Below are positions 1 to 9,603 of a stretch of 53,322 nucleotides of DNA, piece by piece. The notes under the pieces were generated by a model. It saw only the letters and a program-made list of their open reading frames with translations. It had not been told where the DNA came from and made no database searches. This DNA comes from Candidatus Micrarchaeota archaeon (GTDB taxonomy: Archaea > Micrarchaeota > Micrarchaeia > Micrarchaeales > CABMGC01), in NCBI GenBank assembly GCA_021804095.1, contig JAJZKQ010000003.1, positions 1 through 53,322 of the forward strand. The letters are read 5' to 3'. Within the stretch, counting starts at the first letter, position 1. The number at the start of each line of letters is the position of its first letter. The translations under genes were made by a program, and so were the position numbers.

Positions 1-101
1 CTAGGCTCTATCTCGTAACCAGATAGTTATATAAGCTTTTAATGATTAAAATTAGATTATCCTAAAACATAGCAAATTTGCTAATTATATTAAGTGATAT
101 T

Positions 102-797
102 ATGTATCCAAACGTACAAGCATACGACCGCGGTGTAATGTTCAATCCAGACGGCAGACTATTCCAGGTAGAATACGCAAAGGAAGCAGTGAGAAAAGGA
201 GCAACATCCATAGGAATGACAGGCAAGGACAGCGTGGTATTCGTTGCGCACAAGGTAGTCACAGAGCCGCTCGCCATCCAATCTACAGTACACAAGGTAT
301 TCAAGATAGATTCAAACATGGGAGCTACCTACAGTGGCCTTGTTGCTGACGGCCTCCATCTTATAGACCGATCAAGGATAATAGCGCTAAACCACAGGCT
401 TGTTTACGACGATGACAAATCTGTAGAGTCCCTTACAGAAGAGATAGCATCGTATATGATGCAAGCTACACAGTACGGTGGTCTCAGACCTTATGCCGTT
501 TCACTCTTGGTAGGCGGAATGGACAACGGGCCTAAACTATACGAGATAGAGCCTGGAGCCTCAATTCTCGGTTACAAAGCCGAAGCAATAGGCTCAGGTA
601 AAAAGATAGCCACGGAGATCCTTGTTAAGGAGTACAAGGATAACATGCGTGTAGAAGAGATGATAGCACTCGGAGCAAAGATAATAAAGAAAGTATCAGA
701 GGGAAAAGTACCTCAGGAAAGCATGGAAGTGGGCTATATAAAAGAAGGCGAAGGCTACCGAGTAGTAACTCCTGAAGAAGTTGCGAAATACCTGTAG
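102..797 (+). CDS. psmA: 20S proteasome alpha subunit
   Basis: N-terminal [19 protein letters not shown] alpha signature, GLVADG and RPYAVSLL motifs; ATG at 102 preferred over TTG at 78. Confidence 0.97.
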   Translation: MYPNVQAYDRGVMFNPDGRLFQVEYAKEAVRKGATSIGMTGKDSVVFVAHKVVTEPLAIQSTVHKVFKIDSNMGATYSGLVADGLHLIDRSRIIALNHRLVYDDDKSVESLTEEIASYMMQATQYGGLRPYAVSLLVGGMDNGPKLYEIEPGASILGYKAEAIGSGKKIATEILVKEYKDNMRVEEMIALGAKIIKKVSEGKVPQESMEVGYIKEGEGYRVVTPEEVAKYL

Positions 798-802
798 ATT
801 CT

Positions 803-1483
803 ATGTCAAAAACAGTAATAGCTAAATACTCCATGAATGGAGAAGAATTCGAGATATTCATAGATTCGGATATGGCTTATGAGTACATAACCGGAAAGCG
901 GAAAGATCCCCTATCTGTACTTGAGGCAGAAGAGATATTCAAGAATGCGAACAAAGGAGAGCGCCAGAACCAGGACAAGATAAAAAAAATATTTGGAACA
1001 GAAGATCTTGCTAAGATTGTAGAAACAATATTGAAAAAGGGAGACGTACCTATAACTACCGAACAGAGACATAAATTGGTGGAAGAGAAGAGAAAACAGA
1101 TAATAAACATAATAGCAGTAAACTCGATAGACCCAAGGACTAACGCGCCACATACTCCTACGAGAATAGAAGGAGCGCTTGAGCAGGCCCATGTTGTAAT
1201 AGATCCATTCAAAAACGCAAATGAACAAGTAGACGGAATAATAAAGAAAATCAATACTATAATTCCTCTGAAGTTTGCCACAGCGCATCTTGAGCTTCGC
1301 ATACCTGCGTCTTTTGCCAATAGGTGCTATGGCACATTAAAGCAATACGGACTAAAATCAGAGGAATGGCAAAATGACGGATCTCTCAAAGTTTCTGTAG
1401 AGTTTCCTGCAGGTTTAAAGCAGGAGTTCTTTGACAAGATAAACGGGCTTACCAAAGGAGAAGCCCAGATAGACACAATCTAG
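803..1483 (+). CDS. SBDS/Sdo1 family ribosome maturation factor
   Basis: FEIFID...[24 protein letters not shown] motifs; conserved position after psmA. Confidence 0.95.
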   Translation: MSKTVIAKYSMNGEEFEIFIDSDMAYEYITGKRKDPLSVLEAEEIFKNANKGERQNQDKIKKIFGTEDLAKIVETILKKGDVPITTEQRHKLVEEKRKQIINIIAVNSIDPRTNAPHTPTRIEGALEQAHVVIDPFKNANEQVDGIIKKINTIIPLKFATAHLELRIPASFANRCYGTLKQYGLKSEEWQNDGSLKVSVEFPAGLKQEFFDKINGLTKGEAQIDTI

Positions 1484-1491
1484 TGATTTTA

Positions 1492-2097
1492 ATGAGGAAA
1501 ATAGTACTTCCAGGAGACATAATAGCGGAAAACCCGCTAAGGCTCGACCATACGATAGTCGAGAACGGCAAGACATGCTCCACAGTGATAGGAATATATG
1601 AAGATGAAAAAAATACATTCATACCAATGGAAGGATTATGGTATCCAACCCCAGGAGAGAAAATAGTAGGCATAGTAGAAGAAGCAAAGCTCAATACTGA
1701 TGTAATAGGCCTAAATGCGCCTTACAAAGGACTTGTAATATCCAAATTCTCAGAAACAAGCATGGTAAATGGCGATATAATAGAAGCTGTTGTAAAGGAA
1801 CTTGACAAAACCGGCACAGTAATACTATCAAGGCCAAGAGTACTTTTCGGAGGAAAGGTCATAGCTATAAAATCTTCAAAGGTTCCGAGACTTCTTGGCA
1901 AGCAGGACACAATGATAAGACAGATAACAGAGAAGACAAAGTCCAGCATATCGGTAGGCATGAACGGTCTAATTTGGATAAAGGGAGGCGACTCTGACCT
2001 TGCAACAACCGCTATAATGCGTATACAGGACGAGTCACACATACCCGGCTTAACTGAAAGAATAGCCAAGATGCTTGAAACTCCAAGTAAAGAATAA
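1492..2097 (+). CDS. rrp4: Exosome RNA-binding subunit Rrp4
   Basis: IVLPGD start, S1 region, KH-like KVPRLLGK and GMNGLIWI; precedes rrp41. Confidence 0.92.
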   Translation: MRKIVLPGDIIAENPLRLDHTIVENGKTCSTVIGIYEDEKNTFIPMEGLWYPTPGEKIVGIVEEAKLNTDVIGLNAPYKGLVISKFSETSMVNGDIIEAVVKELDKTGTVILSRPRVLFGGKVIAIKSSKVPRLLGKQDTMIRQITEKTKSSISVGMNGLIWIKGGDSDLATTAIMRIQDESHIPGLTERIAKMLETPSKE

Positions 2098-2111
2098 AGA
2101 CGGAAGATAAA

Positions 2112-2837
2112 ATGGAAAAACCAACATTAATAATAAACGGAAAACGGCTAGACGGCAGAGATCCAAGTACAATGCGTGAAATCAAAATATCTGTAAATCC
2201 TATAAAGAATGCGGCAGGATCAGCATACATAGAATGGGGCAACAACAAGATTGTTTCAGCTATATATGGCCCAAGAGAGGCACTCCCCAGGCATACGCAG
2301 GATTTAAACAAAGCAGTCATAAAATGCAGATATACTATGGCTCCATTTTCATCACTTGAAGAGCATGGCAGGCCGGGTATGAATAGGAGGGCAATAGAGA
2401 TATCCAAAGTAACAAGAGAGGTATTCGAAAATGTAGTGCTTACCGATCTATTTCCAGGCACAGAAATAAACATATTCATCGAAGTTCTGCAGAGCGACGG
2501 AGGTACGCGTGCGGCAGGAATAACATGCGCATCTGTAGCACTTGCGGCATCAGGCATCCCTATGAGGGATATGCCATTTGCAGTATCTGTAGGCAAAGCA
2601 GAAGATACATTAATATTGGACATGGACAAGATAGAGGATAATTACTCCACAGCGGATATGCCTATAGCGGTAAACCCAAGAACCAAAGAGATAAACCTAC
2701 TCCAAATGGACGGGGAGTTAACCTCTGAAGAGATTCACAGGGGCATCGAGATGGTCATAAAAGCGGGAGAGATAATAAGCAAGATACAGAAAGATGCACT
2801 TCTTGATCATTATCAAGAAATAGAAGAAAGAATATAA
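2112..2837 (+). CDS. rrp41: Exosome exonuclease Rrp41
   Basis: RLDGR, GSAYIEWG, YGPRE, QSDGGTR RNase PH motifs. Confidence 0.96.
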   Translation: MEKPTLIINGKRLDGRDPSTMREIKISVNPIKNAAGSAYIEWGNNKIVSAIYGPREALPRHTQDLNKAVIKCRYTMAPFSSLEEHGRPGMNRRAIEISKVTREVFENVVLTDLFPGTEINIFIEVLQSDGGTRAAGITCASVALAASGIPMRDMPFAVSVGKAEDTLILDMDKIEDNYSTADMPIAVNPRTKEINLLQMDGELTSEEIHRGIEMVIKAGEIISKIQKDALLDHYQEIEERI

Positions 2838-2846
2838 GGCGAGAAT

Positions 2847-3632
2847 GTGAATACGACTATTTTAACAGAGCAGTATCTAAAAGAGAGGCTTTCCAAAAGA
2901 ATAAGGGACGACGGCAGGGATCTTCTTTCATTCAGAAAGATATCTCTGGAAACAGGGAAGATACCACATGCAGAAGGTTCCGCAGAAATAAACCTGGGCA
3001 ATACCAAAATTCTCGTAGGAATAAAAATGGATGTGGGAGAACCAATGAAGGACAAGCCTGATGAAGGATCCATAATGACAGGCGCAGAACTTCTTCCTAT
3101 GGCTCATCATTCATACGACGCAGGCCCTCCTACTCCTGAAGCTGTGGAACTAGCCAGGGTAGTCGATCGGGGAATAAGAGCAGGCAACATAATCGATGTA
3201 AAAAAACTTTTCATAGAAGAAGGCAAATCATGGAATGTTTTCATAGATCTGTATATACTCAATTACGACGGAAATCTTTTCGACTCGTCAACGCTTGCAG
3301 CAGTCGCAGCCCTGTATAACTCGCGAATGCCAAGGTACGAAGACGGAAAAGTAATCAGAGAGGGAAATCTGGAAAGGCTTCCTGTAAACAACATAAGCAC
3401 CTCCTGCACATACGCAAAAATAGGAAACTCCATACTTCTTGATACCAACGCGAGCGAGGAAGTATTTGCAGACGCAAGGATGACAATAGCAAACGATGAG
3501 CGTTTTGTAAGGGCGATGCAAAAAGGACTCGGAGGCTCATTCCTTCCAAACGAGATCGACATACTTGTAGATGACACATTCGAGAAATCAAAAGAGCTCA
3601 GAAGAATAATACAGGAAACAAGAGGAGACTAA
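2847..3632 (+). CDS. rrp42: Exosome subunit Rrp42
   Basis: RDDGR, AEGSA, ELARVVDRGIR, NYDGNLFD motifs. Confidence 0.96.
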   Translation: MNTTILTEQYLKERLSKRIRDDGRDLLSFRKISLETGKIPHAEGSAEINLGNTKILVGIKMDVGEPMKDKPDEGSIMTGAELLPMAHHSYDAGPPTPEAVELARVVDRGIRAGNIIDVKKLFIEEGKSWNVFIDLYILNYDGNLFDSSTLAAVAALYNSRMPRYEDGKVIREGNLERLPVNNISTSCTYAKIGNSILLDTNASEEVFADARMTIANDERFVRAMQKGLGGSFLPNEIDILVDDTFEKSKELRRIIQETRGD

Positions 3633-3633
3633 T

Positions 3634-3870
3634 ATGGCAAAAAAAAGCATACGATACGGTGTAAGCCTAAGAAAAAGGGAAGAGGCAGTAGTAAGGCAAC
3701 AGAAAGCCAGGTATGTCTGCAACACCTGCGGGAAAGAAGCCGTAAGGAGAAAAGGAACAGGAATATGGCACTGTGAATACTGCAATGCCACATATGCCGG
3801 CGGAGCATATTCTTTCCATACTGCAGCAGGAGAAGCTGTAAGCAAGATACTAGGCCGAAAATCCGAATAA
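3634..3870 (+). CDS. rpl37ae: 50S ribosomal protein L37Ae (eL43)
   Basis: RYGVSLRK, CNTC...GIWHCEYC...AGGAY zinc finger. Confidence 0.95.
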   Translation: MAKKSIRYGVSLRKREEAVVRQQKARYVCNTCGKEAVRRKGTGIWHCEYCNATYAGGAYSFHTAAGEAVSKILGRKSE

Positions 3871-3960
3871 TCGGAAAGCCCAGGCACCTGCGGCATCTGT
3901 TCAAGGCTCTGTATTATAAACAGAACGCATCAAAATAGGTATAATGGAAAAGATGATAAG

Positions 3961-4320
3961 ATGGTAAGAATAACATACTCTCCTATAGAAGAGCTCGTAG
4001 TGCACGAAGTGGTAGAAGTACCCAAAGACGATCTTCTCAGGGAGAGAATAACACCACAGGGCAACATGCCTCTATACTGGTGCAATGGCATCCTATTCAG
4101 TTTCTCCTCCATACCTATGACAGAGGAAATAATAAGGGATTACTTAAGAGGGAAGGTTCACTGGCTAGAGATTCATTTTACAAAAGAGCCGAAGTATACT
4201 CCGATAATGACATTGAACGAGGAGGAATACAAAGCTGTAATGAATATAAGGATAATAGACACAAGCAAGTCCAACCTTCATGTTGAGCTTGCAAAATGGC
4301 TAAAAGCAAAGACCAAATAA
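3961..4320 (+). CDS. Hypothetical protein
   Basis: 119-aa ORF with host-like codon usage and upstream TATA-like sequence; no family recognised. Confidence 0.75.
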   Translation: MVRITYSPIEELVVHEVVEVPKDDLLRERITPQGNMPLYWCNGILFSFSSIPMTEEIIRDYLRGKVHWLEIHFTKEPKYTPIMTLNEEEYKAVMNIRIIDTSKSNLHVELAKWLKAKTK

Positions 4321-4340
4321 AGTTACGCTTGATGATTTAT

Positions 4341-4475
4341 ATGGCATATCTATGCATTCACTGTGGAAAAGAGATAAAGTCGCTGGAACGAAACAACATA
4401 AGATGTCCCTACTGCGGCTATAGGGTAGTTTCAAAGAAAAGATCCTCCATGGCAAGGGAAGTAAAGACCGATTGA
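4341..4475 (+). CDS. rpoP: RNA polymerase subunit P (Rpo12)
   Basis: Not in ORF track; manual translation MAYLCIHCGKEIKSLERNNIRCPYCGYRVVSKKRSSMAREVKTD, typical zinc ribbon at its usual position downstream of rpl37ae. Confidence 0.93.
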   Translation: MAYLCIHCGKEIKSLERNNIRCPYCGYRVVSKKRSSMAREVKTD

Positions 4476-4559
4476 CCTGCCTGCCTCTCTTTCAGTAAGC
4501 AGAACTAGATTCTGAATCTTTATCAATACTTACCAGAATCAGAAAAAGAAAATATCCTT

Positions 4560-4793
4560 CTACTCCTTTCCTACGATAATAGTCTCGGAGATATTCCTGA
4601 CTCTTTTGTAAGCAACACTGCCCTTCTGTATATCTAATCTGGGATTCTGGCTTTTAATAAGTTTCTCCGGCTCAGTAAGAAGCAGATGTGATACCTCTCC
4701 TTCTTCAAAATTTATCATCACTCCCTTCACCTCGCCAAGCCTCTTTCCCTCATTCGATATTATTCTCTTCCCGTAAAGTTCAGAAACCATCAT
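4560..4793 (-). CDS. PRC-barrel domain protein (possible CdpB-like)
   Basis: SELYGKRIISNEGKRLGEVKGVMIN...VRNISETIIV pattern; ATG at 4793 has a GAGTGA RBS. Confidence 0.85.
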   Translation of the reverse strand: MMVSELYGKRIISNEGKRLGEVKGVMINFEEGEVSHLLLTEPEKLIKSQNPRLDIQKGSVAYKRVRNISETIIVGKE

Positions 4794-4797
4794 TATA

Positions 4798-5361
4798 TCA
4801 CTCTTCAAATACCAATCTCATTATCTTTTTTGACGCAAATATTCTTATTATGTACTCCTCAAGTTCCTTTATAGCACTTGCCCTGTCTTTCTCAATGTCA
4901 CTACGCTCGCCTTCATTGAAGAGAGCCATATTTCTAGATACAAGGGCATCGAGATACTCTTTGTTCATAGCATAAAACCTGCTTCCGCAACCAATACATC
5001 TGAATATAGGAACAACAGGAACGCTATCAACATATGAGACAAGAGTGAGATCAAGCTCTCTGGAAATCTTCTCCCCAGATCCACATTTTTTGCACGAAGC
5101 AGAAATCTTAACTCTGTCATAACTTACTTTTTTCTCTACGTGCAAACTAATCCCAAGATACTTCTCCAGAGAGGATTCGGGATTTGCATCATTCAAATAA
5201 ATCTGATCTATTACTCTTCCTCCTTTCCCGAATTCGGTAATCAAGGTTCCCTTTCTTGTTCTCTCAGAGAGGCAGAATCTCTGCTCACCGTTTTTTTCAT
5301 AAGGAACTGTTTTGTATCTTCCATCAGGACTAAGATATGCAGTAATAATATTACTCATCAT
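4798..5361 (-). CDS. Hypothetical protein with CxxC...CxxC zinc ribbon
   Basis: CKKCG and FRCIGCGSRFY; GGAGG RBS; overlaps histone gene end. Confidence 0.75.
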   Translation of the reverse strand: MMSNIITAYLSPDGRYKTVPYEKNGEQRFCLSERTRKGTLITEFGKGGRVIDQIYLNDANPESSLEKYLGISLHVEKKVSYDRVKISASCKKCGSGEKISRELDLTLVSYVDSVPVVPIFRCIGCGSRFYAMNKEYLDALVSRNMALFNEGERSDIEKDRASAIKELEEYIIRIFASKKIMRLVFEE

Positions 5362-5566
5362 AGCCTCCTATGACGTACTTCATCACATCGGCCTTTGTCA
5401 CTTTCTCCCTCTTATCCTTCCTGGCATTGCCTACTGCGTGTTTTGATATCCTTTCTGCCTTTTCTTCAAGTATCTTGACTATCTCTTCAGCTCCTTCATC
5501 AGTTATATTGGCTTTGAATCTTTTCTTAACAAATTTCTTTATCGAAGCTTTTGGTATGCTTGCCAT
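5351..5566 (-). CDS. Archaeal histone-fold protein
   Basis: IPKASIKK...ITDEGAEE...AERISKHAVGNA...KREKVTKADV histone-fold pattern; start at MASIPK (5566). Confidence 0.85.
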   Translation of the reverse strand: MASIPKASIKKFVKKRFKANITDEGAEEIVKILEEKAERISKHAVGNARKDKREKVTKADVMKYVIGGYDE

Positions 5567-5682
5567 AAATTCAGCACTCAAGATCTTCATCATCCTTCAT
5601 CAGAAGTATCGCTCATCATTTATTAATAATCATCTGAAAGATATATAAATCCAAAGAGACAGAATATAATAAGGTGCGAAAA

Positions 5683-5997
5683 ATGATAGAACTCAATCAA
5701 AACGACTTCGAAAAGGAAGTAATGAAATCTACTACTCCTGTTGTAGTTGACTTCTGGGCTCCATGGTGCGGCCCTTGCAGAATATTCTCTCCTGTAATAG
5801 AAGAAGTCTCAAAGGAATATTCCGGAAAGGTAAAATTTGCAAAGCTAAATACCGATGAAAACCAGGAGATAGCAGCAAAATACAACATAATGAGCATACC
5901 TTCTGTATTGCTGTTCAAGGATGGCGCAGTCAAGGCAACATCGGTAGGCGCAATGCCAAAGGAAATGTTCAAATCCTGGCTGACCAAAAACCTTTGA
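5683..5997 (+). CDS. trxA: Thioredoxin
   Basis: VDFWAPWCGPC active site; AGGTG RBS before ATG 5683. Confidence 0.97.
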   Translation: MIELNQNDFEKEVMKSTTPVVVDFWAPWCGPCRIFSPVIEEVSKEYSGKVKFAKLNTDENQEIAAKYNIMSIPSVLLFKDGAVKATSVGAMPKEMFKSWLTKNL

Positions 5998-6037
5998 ATT
6001 TCCCTACTTAACTATCAGAGAATATAACGGTAGACAA

Positions 6038-7315
6038 ATGGAATTAAGCCTTCCTCGCGGTACAAAGGATTACAACCCTGGAGAAACAATACTATTGAAC
6101 CAGATCATCCTGGTGATAGAGGAAACATTCAAGCGCTTCGGATTCCATCCCATAACAACCCCATCAATAGAGCTCCTATCAACCTTAAATGCAAAAGCAT
6201 ATGGGGAAGATGCCAAAAAGGAAATATACAAAATAGACGGAGCCGAAGAAGGCCTCAGGTATGACTTTACTGTGCCTCTTGCACGTTTTATGGCTATGAA
6301 CAGAGACCTACCACTACCATTCAAAAGATATCAGATTGGAAATGTCTGGAGAATGGACGAGCCACAAAAAATGCGCAACCGTGAATTTATACAGGCAGAT
6401 ATTGACATAATTGGCAGTTCCGAACCCCTGAGTGATGCCGAAGTAATCTCTCCAATAGCATTCGCATTCGACGAATTAGGCATAACTAATTACCGTATAC
6501 TGATAAACAACAGAGCCATTCTCGACAGAATTCTCAGCAAGTTCAAGGTTCCTGCGCAGAAACATAATGAAGCTATCCGAGTAATAGACAAGCTTGCGAA
6601 AATAAGCCGAGACGAGATAATTGAAAGTCTCATATCTATCGGAATCAAAGAAGAGGACGCCATAGCACTAATCTCATTCATAGATACCTCAAACGAGAAA
6701 AACGAAGAGACAATGGCAAGGCTTCACGCCGACATTCCAGAAGCAGAAGACTCTCTGGAAAGCCTTGAATCTCTACTCAAACTGCTGAAGCTTAGCGGAC
6801 TCGAAGAAAAAATAAAGTTCGATATATCTCTCGCAAGAGGTCTTGACTACTACACCGGTGGTGTCTGGGAATTTGTAATATATGAGGAGGGCAAGAGGCT
6901 TCCAACCATAGCATCGGGGGGAAGATATGACAATCTAATAGAAATGTATTCGAAAAACAGCATGCCTGCGGTAGGAAGCGCCATTGGAGTATCCAGGGTG
7001 TTCGAATTGCTCAACAAAACAGAGCTTGTGAGAACATATTCAAGGATACACATAGCATATATAAAGGAAGAAAACCAAGAGTATGCAACAGAGATGGCAT
7101 CTATCCTCAGAAAGGCAGGCATATATACTGATCTGGGAGTAACAAAACGACCTCTTGCCAAACAGCTCGAATATGCAAACACAATGCGCATAAAATATGT
7201 TGCAATAATAGGAAATCAGGAGAGGCTCTCAAAAAAAATCCGCCTCAGGGATATGATAAGCGGAGAAGAAGAACTCCTTGATGTTGAAGAGGTCATATCT
7301 AAGCTTAAAAGTTGA
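6038..7315 (+). CDS. hisS: Histidine--tRNA ligase
   Basis: PRGTKD, LRYDFTVPLAR, REFIQADID, ARGLDYYTG, GGRYD. Confidence 0.97.
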   Translation: MELSLPRGTKDYNPGETILLNQIILVIEETFKRFGFHPITTPSIELLSTLNAKAYGEDAKKEIYKIDGAEEGLRYDFTVPLARFMAMNRDLPLPFKRYQIGNVWRMDEPQKMRNREFIQADIDIIGSSEPLSDAEVISPIAFAFDELGITNYRILINNRAILDRILSKFKVPAQKHNEAIRVIDKLAKISRDEIIESLISIGIKEEDAIALISFIDTSNEKNEETMARLHADIPEAEDSLESLESLLKLLKLSGLEEKIKFDISLARGLDYYTGGVWEFVIYEEGKRLPTIASGGRYDNLIEMYSKNSMPAVGSAIGVSRVFELLNKTELVRTYSRIHIAYIKEENQEYATEMASILRKAGIYTDLGVTKRPLAKQLEYANTMRIKYVAIIGNQERLSKKIRLRDMISGEEELLDVEEVISKLKS

Positions 7316-7319
7316 TTTA

Positions 7320-7826
7320 ATGGGAAAATCAGAAGTCGATGAACTTACCGAAGAGACGATAGCAAAAGGAGGCATACTTGCAAGGCTGTATTTTGACATG
7401 CAGAGCGAAAAGCAGGAAGATCTACAGCCCATAATGGCAGAGATGATAAACAACCGCCTTCTCAAATCCCAGGGGGTAATATACTGCGTAGGCGAAATAA
7501 AGGAGCCCATAAAACTGGAAGATGTTTATACCACAAGCGCATCAGTAACAACGCTTGTAAAAGACATAGGTTCCCTTGTGAATATCTCCTTCAACTTCGT
7601 TCCTGCCGCTATAGAGATACTCAAGCCTTTAGACGAAATAAGGATCAGCGCAAACGAATTGCAGTCGCTCCTGCTTGACATAGCCAACATATCCATAAAC
7701 TACTCTCAATATATACTGGGCAGAGTTCTCAGCAAGGAAGATTACGAGAAGGTAATGAAAGACATTAAAAACAGGGAAGCTCTAGGCAAAAAGATGCTTG
7801 ACGAAAATAAAAAGGACCAACAGTAG
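7320..7826 (+). CDS. Hypothetical protein
   Basis: ATG 4 nt after hisS stop; long ORF with host-like codon usage. Confidence 0.75.
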   Translation: MGKSEVDELTEETIAKGGILARLYFDMQSEKQEDLQPIMAEMINNRLLKSQGVIYCVGEIKEPIKLEDVYTTSASVTTLVKDIGSLVNISFNFVPAAIEILKPLDEIRISANELQSLLLDIANISINYSQYILGRVLSKEDYEKVMKDIKNREALGKKMLDENKKDQQ

Positions 7827-7841
7827 TAGCCAGACTAAAAA

Positions 7842-7914
7842 GCGCCAATTGTCTAGCCTGGTAGGATCCGAGCTTCCCAAGCTCGTGGCCCGGGTTCAAA
7901 TCCCGGTTGGCGCA
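7842..7914 (+). tRNA. tRNA-Gly(CCC), no intron, CCA not encoded
   Basis: Acceptor GCGCCAA/TTGGCGC, anticodon arm CGAGC-TTCCCAA-GCTCG, T arm CCGGG-TTCAAAT-CCCGG, discriminator A. Confidence 0.96.
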
Positions 7915-8208
7915 ATTAATCTAACAATGCGGGCAAAAAATCCACTCTTTAACTTCAGAATTAAAGCAAACCTCAAAAGAATAGAAATAAGGTATATAAA
8001 CATGAATTATGATATAAATAATATGGATTCTAAAAGAAACTACAAATTTAAAGAGAGTTCCTCCAATAATCCACAGAACAACAGTACATTCGAAATAGAA
8101 AGGCTAAATAAGAAGGCCGAATCAAAGTTTATCTGATAGAAAAAATTAAGATTTAGTAATAATATATAGTAATAAAGTGATTTTATCATAAACGCAATAG
8201 TTACCTCA

Positions 8209-8427
8209 TTGGACGAAGATAATCTTTTGGCAACCCCAATGGAACCTGTAGACATAAAGACACTAATAGGCAAGAAGGCTCAATATGTAGATTCAAATGA
8301 GCACATATGGCCAGGCACTGTTTCCGGAATACAGGACTCATTCATAGTAATAAAACTTGATAAATTTCCATCTGGATTGGGGCAAGGACAAATAATAGAG
8401 ATTCTGGCAGATTCTGATTACGATTGA
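8209..8427 (+). CDS. Small beta-barrel protein resembling ribosomal protein L35Ae (eL33), divergent and acidic
   Basis: LIGKK...IWPGTV...IVIKLDKFPSGLGQGQIIEIL resembles the L35Ae C-terminal pattern; may start at ATA 8188. Confidence 0.5.
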   Translation: MDEDNLLATPMEPVDIKTLIGKKAQYVDSNEHIWPGTVSGIQDSFIVIKLDKFPSGLGQGQIIEILADSDYD

Positions 8428-8541
8428 TATATTCAAGAATCTAATACCTGCGCCTACTAAAATCCAGATTAATCCCAACAGAAGGCTCCCAGTTACGAGT
8501 TATGAAACTGTTAGGGATTGTTACTGCATATCGGTGTTTAA

Positions 8542-9600
8542 TTGGAGAGAAAAATAGGAACTAGGCAAATAATCTTTATACTTTCACTATTCCTACTGGC
8601 CCAATTTATAGGCCTTCTTCTAGTCATCCCTTCATACTCTCCTTCATATTCATATGCTAACAATACAATCCCCCAGCAGGGGAGTTCAATCTCGTTCTTT
8701 TTCTGGTTCATAATAGACATAATAATAATCATACTGGTGTTAATGCTTGTATTGAGATATTACAAAGGAAACATGTTCTTCAGACTCCTTGAAGCCTACA
8801 TAATCATATTCGGTTCATTCTTTTTCTTTATGACATTGATAAACGACATACTTCCAAATATAGCAATATTTCCCCTATCTGCCATTGCCCTTCTAATATC
8901 ACTCGCTCTGCTAGCATACAAGATACGATTCAACAAAATGAGAAATCTCATAACCTTGATCACAAGCATAGGCGCAGGAATATTCATAGGCGCAAACATA
9001 GGAATAGGCTTCGGCTTCCTGACCCTGTATCTGCTGATAGCACTGTTCGCGGTATACGATTATCTGGCAGTTTTCGTGCTAAAGTTCATGATACCCTTCG
9101 CGCAGGAAGCATCAAAGAGAAACCTTGCATTTATGATAGGCTCATCAGACCTTGAACTCACTCCATCAAAATCAAAGAAGAAGATAAAAAAAGAGGACCT
9201 TCAAAAGATATCAAATCCCGAAATAAGGTATATGGCAGAGAGATCTGGAACTCCTTCCATATCTGCAATAATGCTGGGAAACGGTGACATAATGCTGCCT
9301 ATGACACTTGCAGTAGGCTCTTACATGATATCAGGAAACTTATTTACAAGCATGATGATAATCACAGGAGCCGGAACAGGGCTTCTCTTTACTATCTTCC
9401 TGCTTAGAAAGTATAAGATAGGCCTTCCCGCAATACCTCCCCTATTCGCATTCATGAGTGCCTTTCTATCATTAGCATTCATAATCTCAAAACCAAGCAC
9501 TCCATCCTTATCAATACTTACTGGAGCCGCCGCTCTCATCTCCCTGCTTGTAATTTTTGCAACACTTAGAAAGATAGGCAGGAAGAAATTTGAAGAATAA
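8542..9600 (+). CDS. Presenilin/SPP-family intramembrane aspartyl protease (PSH)
   Basis: Multiple TM helices; YD (VYDYLAV), GxGD (LGNGDI) and PAL-like (LPAIPP) motifs. Confidence 0.92.
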   Translation: MERKIGTRQIIFILSLFLLAQFIGLLLVIPSYSPSYSYANNTIPQQGSSISFFFWFIIDIIIIILVLMLVLRYYKGNMFFRLLEAYIIIFGSFFFFMTLINDILPNIAIFPLSAIALLISLALLAYKIRFNKMRNLITLITSIGAGIFIGANIGIGFGFLTLYLLIALFAVYDYLAVFVLKFMIPFAQEASKRNLAFMIGSSDLELTPSKSKKKIKKEDLQKISNPEIRYMAERSGTPSISAIMLGNGDIMLPMTLAVGSYMISGNLFTSMMIITGAGTGLLFTIFLLRKYKIGLPAIPPLFAFMSAFLSLAFIISKPSTPSLSILTGAAALISLLVIFATLRKIGRKKFEE

Positions 9601-9603
9601 AGA

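Noticed and set aside
7798-8136. 112-aa ORF on the + strand
   Set aside because: It runs through tRNA-Gly and low-complexity AT-rich DNA; likely spurious
8471-8519. Imperfect inverted repeat AATCCCAACAG...CTGTTAGGGATT upstream of the presenilin gene
   Set aside because: No target-site duplication or second copy seen; cannot be called a MITE or operator
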